DNA of 64,000 nt from Rubrivivax sp. (lineage in GTDB: Bacteria > Pseudomonadota > Gammaproteobacteria > Burkholderiales > Burkholderiaceae_C), in contig JAEUPF010000095.1 of assembly GCA_016790425.1 (NCBI GenBank), forward strand, positions 10,170 through 74,169. The letters are read 5' to 3'. The position numbers were made by a program, and so were the translations under genes. Numbering within the stretch: position 1 is the first letter of the stretch; the number at the start of each line of letters is the position of its first letter. The notes under the pieces were generated by a model. It saw only the letters and a list, made by a program, of their open reading frames with translations. It did no database searches and was not told the DNA's origin. Shown piece after piece: positions 52,525-64,000 of the stretch.

Positions 52525-55185
52525 TCAGGGCTTGTCGAGCGGCATTGCCGGCGTTGCCGCCGCAGTGGCGGCCGGCGCGGCAGTGGCCGCTGCCGCCGCC
52601 GCACCATCATGCCAGTAATGCCGGTGATGCCAGTAGCGGCGCGCCGCTTCGCGCTCGCAGCGGGGCTGGCCGAGGGCATCGGCGGCAAGCGTCAATGCGC
52701 CGCAGCGGTCGCTGCGCAGCACCGCGATGCCTCGCCCTTCGTAGCGGGCCTGCACGTCGGGCGCCGGGTGGCCGAAGCGGCTGCGGTAGCCGGCCTGGAA
52801 CACCGCGCGGGCCGGGGCGACGGCGTCGATGAAGGCGGCGGTGGAGGAGGTACGGCTGCCGTGGTGCGGCACGAGCAGCGTGCGGGCGCGCAAGGCGTCG
52901 CCGTCGCTGCGCGCGAGCAGCGCCGCTTCCTGCGCCGCTTCGATGTCGCCGGTGAGCAGCACGCTCGCCGCCGCCGGGCGCGGCGGCGGCGCGGCAGCAG
53001 CGCCCGCAGCGGTGGCTGCTGCGGCGTCAGCGCCTGCCGTGACCCGCAGCACGCAGCTCATCGCGTTGGGCCTCGCCGTGGCGGCGCGTTCGTAGTCGGT
53101 GGCCAGCGGATGCAGCATCTCGAAGCGCACGCCGTCCCACTCCCAGCGCTGGCCGGCGGCGCAGCGCGACACCGCGGCGCCGGCGGCGCGCGCCTGCACC
53201 AGCAGCGGGTGGCCTTCCTCGAGCGAGCTCGCGAGCGAGCGCACCGGCAGCGCGGCGATCACCGCCGCGGCGCCGCCGGTGTGGTCGCTGTCGCGGTGGC
53301 TGAGCACGAGCGTGTCGACGCGCCGCTCGCCGCGCCGGTGCAACAGCGGCACCACGAGGCGGCTGCCGGCGTCGGCTTCGGGCGAGAAGGCGGCGCCGGT
53401 GTCGTAGACGAGCAGGTGCGCTCGCGTGCGTATCAGCGCCGCCGTGCCCTGTCCGACGTCCAGCGCCACCAGCTCGAACGCACCGGGGCCCGGCCGCGGC
53501 ACCGCCGGGGCCAGCAGCGGCAGCATCAGCGGCAACGCCAGCACGCGCAGCGCCCAAGGCAGTGGCAACACCGCGACGAGCCCGCCCAGCAGCCCGGCCG
53601 CCACGGCCCACGCCGGCGCCGCGGCAGCCTGCCACACCGCGGCGCTGCCCGAAGGCGCCAGCCACTGCAGGAACGAGATCAGCGCCGCCAGCACGAGAGC
53701 CGCGGCGTCCCACAGCGGCGGCAGCAGCACGCCCAGCAGCGCCAGCGGCGTGACCAGCAGCGTGACGAGCGGGATCGCCACCAGGTTGGCAGCGAAGCCC
53801 ACCAGCGACAACTGCTGGAAGAACAGCAACGACAACGGCGCCAGCCCGACGGTCGCGACGGCCTGCGTGCGCACCGCCGCGGCGATCGCCTGCCGGGCCG
53901 GCGCGACCGCGCTCGCCACGCCCGCCGCGCCGTCGTCGGCGGCGCGCTCGTGCACCGGCTGCGAGGCCGCCAGCAGCGCCACCGCCACGAACGACAGCCA
54001 GAACCCGGGCTGCAACAAGGCCCAGGGATCGACGGCGACGACGAACGCGGCAACGACGAGCAGCACGATGTGCAGCGGCCAGCGCAAGCCCGCGCTTTGC
54101 AGCGCCGCCACGGCCAGGAGCATGAGCACCGTGCGCTGCGCCGGCACGCCCCAGCCGGCCACCAGCGAGTAGCCGAACGCCAACGCGACGCCACCCCAGC
54201 GCGCCGCCAGCGGCGCCGGCAGCCACAGCGTGCCGCGCTCGCTGAAGCGCCACAGGCGGCCGACGACCATCGCCGCGAGCCAGGCGAACATCGTCACGTG
54301 CAGGCCGGAGATGCTCATCAGGTGCGCGACGCCGGTGACGCGGAAGAGATCCCAGTCGTCGCGCTCGATCGCCGCCTGGTCGCCGATGGCCAGCGCCGCG
54401 ATGACGCCGGCCAGGCGCCCCGAGCCCTCGCCGCCGCCGCTGCCGCCGACCAGGCGGCGCTCGATCGCGTCGCGCACGTTCTGGCGCAGCCGCTCGACCG
54501 GTGCGCCGGCGGTGGCGCCGACCAGCACCGCCTCGTCGCCGGCGCGCGAGCGCACGCTGCCCACGGCGCCGATGCCGCGCTCGAACAGCCACAGCTCGAC
54601 ATCGAACCCACCGGGGTTGAACGGGCCGTGCGGCTGGCGCAACCGCACCGTGAAGCGCCAGCGCTGGCCGGCGCGCACCTCGGTCTGCGGGCCGAGCAGC
54701 AGCGCGTCGGGCTCGGCGATGCGGTACCAGCCGAGCGAGACGGTGGCAGGCAGCACCACCGGGACGCCCGCCACGCCCTGCTGCCCATCGGGTTCCTGAA
54801 GCTGCGCCGACTCGACGTCGAACAGGAAGCGCGTGCCTTGCATGCCCGTTCGCGGCAGCTGCACGACGATGCCGGTGACGACGAGGTCGCGGCCTTCGAG
54901 CGCCGCCGGCAGCCGCTCCTGCAGCCGCATCTGCGCGCGCAGCGTGGCCAGCGCGCCGGCGGCCACTGCCGCGGCGGCCAGCCACAGCAGCGCGCGCAGC
55001 CAGGGGCGCCGCAGCGGCCAGCCGAGCCCGGCCGCCAGCGCCAGCAGCACCGCCGTGGCGCCGAGCACGGCGAGCGCCGGCACCGCCGGCAACTCGCGCA
55101 GGTGCATCTGCACCGCGGTGCCGAGCAGCCAACCCGCCGAAGCCAGCGCGAGCGACGCCATCACCACACCCGGCCCGGAGCGCAT
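52525..55185 (-). CDS. comEC: DNA internalization competence protein ComEC/Rec2
   Basis: OB-fold region (NPGGFD.E.W), AHLMSISGLHV, GFWLSF, LDVGQG, SHRDSDHTGG, LTGDIE, PHHGSRTSS. Confidence 0.95.
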   Translation of the reverse strand: MRSGPGVVMASLALASAGWLLGTAVQMHLRELPAVPALAVLGATAVLLALAAGLGWPLRRPWLRALLWLAAAAVAAGALATLRAQMRLQERLPAALEGRDLVVTGIVVQLPRTGMQGTRFLFDVESAQLQEPDGQQGVAGVPVVLPATVSLGWYRIAEPDALLLGPQTEVRAGQRWRFTVRLRQPHGPFNPGGFDVELWLFERGIGAVGSVRSRAGDEAVLVGATAGAPVERLRQNVRDAIERRLVGGSGGGEGSGRLAGVIAALAIGDQAAIERDDWDLFRVTGVAHLMSISGLHVTMFAWLAAMVVGRLWRFSERGTLWLPAPLAARWGGVALAFGYSLVAGWGVPAQRTVLMLLAVAALQSAGLRWPLHIVLLVVAAFVVAVDPWALLQPGFWLSFVAVALLAASQPVHERAADDGAAGVASAVAPARQAIAAAVRTQAVATVGLAPLSLLFFQQLSLVGFAANLVAIPLVTLLVTPLALLGVLLPPLWDAAALVLAALISFLQWLAPSGSAAVWQAAAAPAWAVAAGLLGGLVAVLPLPWALRVLALPLMLPLLAPAVPRPGPGAFELVALDVGQGTAALIRTRAHLLVYDTGAAFSPEADAGSRLVVPLLHRRGERRVDTLVLSHRDSDHTGGAAAVIAALPVRSLASSLEEGHPLLVQARAAGAAVSRCAAGQRWEWDGVRFEMLHPLATDYERAATARPNAMSCVLRVTAGADAAAATAAGAAAAPPPRPAAASVLLTGDIEAAQEAALLARSDGDALRARTLLVPHHGSRTSSTAAFIDAVAPARAVFQAGYRSRFGHPAPDVQARYEGRGIAVLRSDRCGALTLAADALGQPRCEREAARRYWHHRHYWHDGAAAAAATAAPAATAAATPAMPLDKP

Positions 55186-55242
55186 CGGCGCAGTGTAGGA
55201 TGCCGCCCCTTTTTCGGCTTCGGCCTGGCCAGGGTGAACACG

Positions 55243-55716
55243 ATGTCCGCAACCCCGACGACGATCCGCGAGCGCCTGCAGATGCTCGGCATCACGCTGC
55301 CGCCGCTCGCGGTGCCGGCCGCGGCGTACGTGCCCTTCGTGCGCAGCGGCAACCTCGTCTTCATCTCGGGCCACATCGCGCGCCGCGACGGCAAGCCCTG
55401 GGTGGGGCAGCTCGGCGGCAGCATCGCGCTGGACGAAGGCAAGCAGGCCGCGCGCGCGATCGCCATCGACCTGCTCGGCACGCTGCAGGCGGCCATCGGC
55501 GACCTCGAGCGCGTGCGCCGCATCGTCAAGGTGATGAGCCTCGTCAACAGCGTGCCCACGTTCACCGAGCAGCACCTGGTGACCAATGGCTGCAGCGAGT
55601 TGCTGGTGCAGGTGTTCGGCCAGGAGATCGGCGCACACGCGCGCAGTGCGTTCGGCGTGGCGCAGATTCCGCTGGGGGCCTGCGTCGAGATCGAGCTGAT
55701 CGCCGAAGTGCAGTGA
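55243..55716 (+). CDS. RidA/YjgF family protein
   Basis: AYVPFVRSGNLVFISGH, FTEQHLVTNGCS, HARSAFG, CVEIE. Confidence 0.93.
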   Translation: MSATPTTIRERLQMLGITLPPLAVPAAAYVPFVRSGNLVFISGHIARRDGKPWVGQLGGSIALDEGKQAARAIAIDLLGTLQAAIGDLERVRRIVKVMSLVNSVPTFTEQHLVTNGCSELLVQVFGQEIGAHARSAFGVAQIPLGACVEIELIAEVQ

Positions 55717-56207
55717 GCAGGCCGGCCGTGCGCCTGGGCCCGCGCACCTGGCTGGTCCTGATCGCGCTGGCGTGCCTGGCCAGCGTCGCGGCAGCGCTCG
55801 TCTCGCAGCATGTCTACGGCATGCAACCCTGCCCGTGGTGCGTGCTGCAGCGGCTGGTGTACGTGCTGATCGCGGTGTTCGCGCTCGCCGGTGCGGCGCT
55901 GCCTGCTGCGGCCGCTCGCCGGGCCAGTGCCGCGTGCATCGCGCTGCTGGCCGCCGCCGGCGCAGCCGCGGCACTGTGGCAGCACTTCGTCGCCGCCGCG
56001 AGCGCTTCGTGCAACCTGACGCTGGCCGACAGGCTGATGAGCGCGCTCGGGCTGGACGAGGCGCTGCCCGAGGTGTTCGCAGCCTTCGCCTCGTGCGCCG
56101 ACGCGAAGGTGTCCCTGCTCGGCGTGCCCTACGAGTACTGGAGCCTGGCGCTCTTCGCCGCAGTGGCGGCGGTGGCCGTGCTGTTCGTCTGGCGCCGCCG
56201 CGGCTGA
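55713..56207 (+). CDS. dsbB: Disulfide bond formation protein B
   Basis: QPCPWCVLQR, second Cys pair (ASC...ASCA), 4 TM segments. Confidence 0.92.
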   Translation: MSRPAVRLGPRTWLVLIALACLASVAAALVSQHVYGMQPCPWCVLQRLVYVLIAVFALAGAALPAAAARRASAACIALLAAAGAAAALWQHFVAAASASCNLTLADRLMSALGLDEALPEVFAAFASCADAKVSLLGVPYEYWSLALFAAVAAVAVLFVWRRRG

Positions 56208-56220
56208 GCGGCAGCCTGCT

Positions 56221-56694
56221 TCAGCCGAGCGAGCGCACCACCTCCGGCGGCGCCTGCACCAGCTCGATCAGCACGCCTTCGCCGGCGATCGGGAACTCCT
56301 CGTTCGCCTTCGGGTGGATGAAGCAGATGTCGTACCCGGAGGCGCCCTTGCGGATGCCGCCCGGCGCGAAGCGCACGCCGTGCGCTGCCATCCACTCGAC
56401 GGCTTTCGGCAGATCGTCGACCCACAACCCGACGTGGTTCAGCGGCGTGGCGTGCACGGCCGGCTTCTTCGCGGGGTCGAGCGGCTGCATCAGGTCCACC
56501 TCGACGGCGTGGGCGCCGCTGCCGAGCGCGCAGACGTCCTCGTCGACGTTCTCGCGCTCGCTGACGAAGCGGCTCTTCGGCACGAGGCCGAGGATGTCGA
56601 CCCACAGCGCGGCGAGCCGCTGCTTGTCGGGGCCGCCGATGGCGACTTGCTGGATGCCGAGGACGCGGAAAGGCTTCGGACCGGCGTGGACCAT
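56221..56694 (-). CDS. VOC family protein, probable methylmalonyl-CoA epimerase
   Basis: [23 protein letters not shown]...GVLIELVQ; last gene of the mutase/PCC operon. Confidence 0.85.
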   Translation of the reverse strand: MVHAGPKPFRVLGIQQVAIGGPDKQRLAALWVDILGLVPKSRFVSERENVDEDVCALGSGAHAVEVDLMQPLDPAKKPAVHATPLNHVGLWVDDLPKAVEWMAAHGVRFAPGGIRKGASGYDICFIHPKANEEFPIAGEGVLIELVQAPPEVVRSLG

Positions 56695-56705
56695 GGCCGC
56701 GCTCC

Positions 56706-58790
<2,085 letters not shown>

Positions 58791-58810
58791 GGTCGCGCCC
58801 TCCTCCGCGC

Positions 58811-60343
<1,533 letters not shown>

Positions 60344-60439
60344 CGCTTTCCCCTCGTTCCTCTCGTTCCGCTTGCCTTCGTTCCGGTGTTCTTTCGATCC
60401 TGTTGCGCGTTCCTGCCGGATCGCGTTCGCCCGCTGCTT

Positions 60440-61576
60440 TTAGCCGGACAAGTCCAGCAGCCGCCGCGCCGCCACCGAAGCGGCCAGCGTTCCGGCGCGC
60501 ACCTGCGCGGTGAACCCGGGCAGCGCAGCGCGCACCGCGGCGCTGTCGCGAAAGCGCCGCCGCAGGCCGGCGTCGATGCGCTCCCACATCCACGCCTCGT
60601 CCTGCGCGTGGCGGCGCTGCTGCAGCGCGCCCCCGGCGAGCGCGCGTTCGCGATAGCGCTCGACCGCTTGCCAGAACGCGGCCAGGCCCGTGCCCTTCAG
60701 CGCGCTGACCTCCAGCACCTGCGGCGGCCAGGCGCTGCCGTCGTGGCGCGCGTGCGCCGGATGGCCCTGCTGGCCGATGAGGCGCAGCGCGCTGGTGATC
60801 TGCGCCCGTGCGCGCGTCGCCGCGGCTTCGTCGAGATCGGCCTTGTTGATGACCACGAGGTCGGCGATCTCGGTGATGCCGCGCTTGATGGCCTGCAGAT
60901 CGTCGCCGGCATTGGGCAGCTGCAGCAGCACGAACATGTCGGTCATGCCGGCCACCGCGGTCTCGCTCTGGCCGACGCCCACCGTCTCGACGATGACGAT
61001 GTCGTGGCCGGCCGCCTCGCACACGAGCATCGCCTCGCGCGTCTTCTCGGCCACGCCGCCGAGGTTTCCCGCCGAGGGGCTGGGGCGGATGAATGCGCGC
61101 TCGTGCACGGCGAGCTTGTCCATGCGCGTCTTGTCGCCGAGGATGCTGCCGCCGGACAGCGCCGACGAAGGGTCCACGGCCAGCACCGCCACGCGGTGGC
61201 CGCGTTCGGCCAGACCGTCGAGCAGGTGCAGGCCGAGCGCCTCGATGAACGTGCTCTTCCCGGCGCCGGGCACGCCGCTGATGCCCAGGCGGAAGGACTG
61301 CGCGGCGCCGCCGGCCGGGCGGCCGGTGCTGGCCGCCAGCAGCGCGTCGAGCAACGCATCGGCGCGGGCGCGGTGGTCGGCGCGCGTCGATTCGAGCAGC
61401 GTGATCGTCTTGGCCATGGCGCGCCGCTGCACGGCGCCGGCACCCGCGGTGACCGCGTCGAAGAGCGCGCGGTCGGTCGGGGGCAGCGCGGTCACGGCTG
61501 CGGCGGCAGCGGCCGCAGCGGCAGCAGCGGGGTCCGCGGCGGGCGTCCTGGCCGCGTCGGCAGCGGGCGGGCTCAT
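60440..61576 (-). CDS. meaB: Methylmalonyl-CoA mutase-associated GTPase MeaB
   Basis: [34 protein letters not shown]. Confidence 0.95.
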   Translation of the reverse strand: MSPPAADAARTPAADPAAAAAAAAAAAVTALPPTDRALFDAVTAGAGAVQRRAMAKTITLLESTRADHRARADALLDALLAASTGRPAGGAAQSFRLGISGVPGAGKSTFIEALGLHLLDGLAERGHRVAVLAVDPSSALSGGSILGDKTRMDKLAVHERAFIRPSPSAGNLGGVAEKTREAMLVCEAAGHDIVIVETVGVGQSETAVAGMTDMFVLLQLPNAGDDLQAIKRGITEIADLVVINKADLDEAAATRARAQITSALRLIGQQGHPAHARHDGSAWPPQVLEVSALKGTGLAAFWQAVERYRERALAGGALQQRRHAQDEAWMWERIDAGLRRRFRDSAAVRAALPGFTAQVRAGTLAASVAARRLLDLSG

Positions 61577-61617
61577 GCGCTGGGCCTTCGGCGACTCTCG
61601 GGTGTCCCGGCGATGCC

Positions 61618-63792
<2,175 letters not shown>

Positions 63793-63853
63793 GGGCGGGG
63801 TCTCCTGGGGCGGGTCTCCGGGCGGGCGCTTCATCGGTTGCCGCCGCCCGCAG

Positions 63854-63878
63854 ATTATGCATAATTATGAATGCATAA
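63854..63878. promoter_or_regulatory. AT-rich nested palindromic operator upstream of the scpA operon
   Basis: ATTATGCATAAT perfect palindrome, overlapping CATAATTATG, and TTATGCAT...ATGCATAA inverted repeat. Confidence 0.7.
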
Positions 63879-63912
63879 CGCCAGAGGCCTTCGTCGCCCG
63901 GCCATTCCCGAG

Positions 63913-64000
63913 ATGCCTGCCGTCGCCGCTCCCACCGCTGCCGGTGCTTCCACCGCCACGGCCGAACCGCCGGCCGCCGCGGCCGGCGGCGCCCTGCGCC
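63913..64000 (+). CDS. Probable start of a divergent gene, truncated (possibly the operon's regulator)
   Basis: ATG at 63913 with open frame to the window end; only a low-complexity N-terminus is visible. Confidence 0.35.
   Translation, partial: MPAVAAPTAAGASTATAEPPAAAAGGALR

Noticed and set aside
63793..63912. Cobalamin riboswitch upstream of scpA
   Set aside because: The region is short and no B12-box motifs were recognised

Overview
Very GC-rich bacterial chromosomal segment whose gene content and order resemble a Burkholderiales betaproteobacterium (Rubrivivax/Ideonella-like; inferred, not proven). It holds about 60 mostly core genes: queG/tsaE/amiC, hemB/hemJ, a dacC-aminotransferase-ybeD run, an ECF sigma with a ChrR-like cupin, miaA, tonB-exbB-exbD-exbD-TPR, edd/eda, pdxH, MoxR-DUF58-transglutaminase-mltB, a five-gene transglutaminase/DUF2126/circularly permuted ATP-grasp/alpha-E cluster, comEC and the propionyl-/methylmalonyl-CoA operon. 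No mobile elements, CRISPR arrays, rRNA or tRNA were seen. The most notable non-obvious signals are: (1) a complete, independently transcribed four-hairpin sRNA candidate with an anti-Shine-Dalgarno loop between hemB and hemJ; (2) two sigma-54 promoter motifs in the putative peptide-ligase cluster, which lacks the usual Anbu peptidase; (3) unannotated short ORFs coupled by ATGA overlaps to pdxH and to the ECF sigma; (4) many leaderless-type promoters; (5) repeated in-frame tandem micro-duplications at protein termini. Start codons were chosen by eye from the supplied ORFs. Family calls come from recognised motifs, not database searches.
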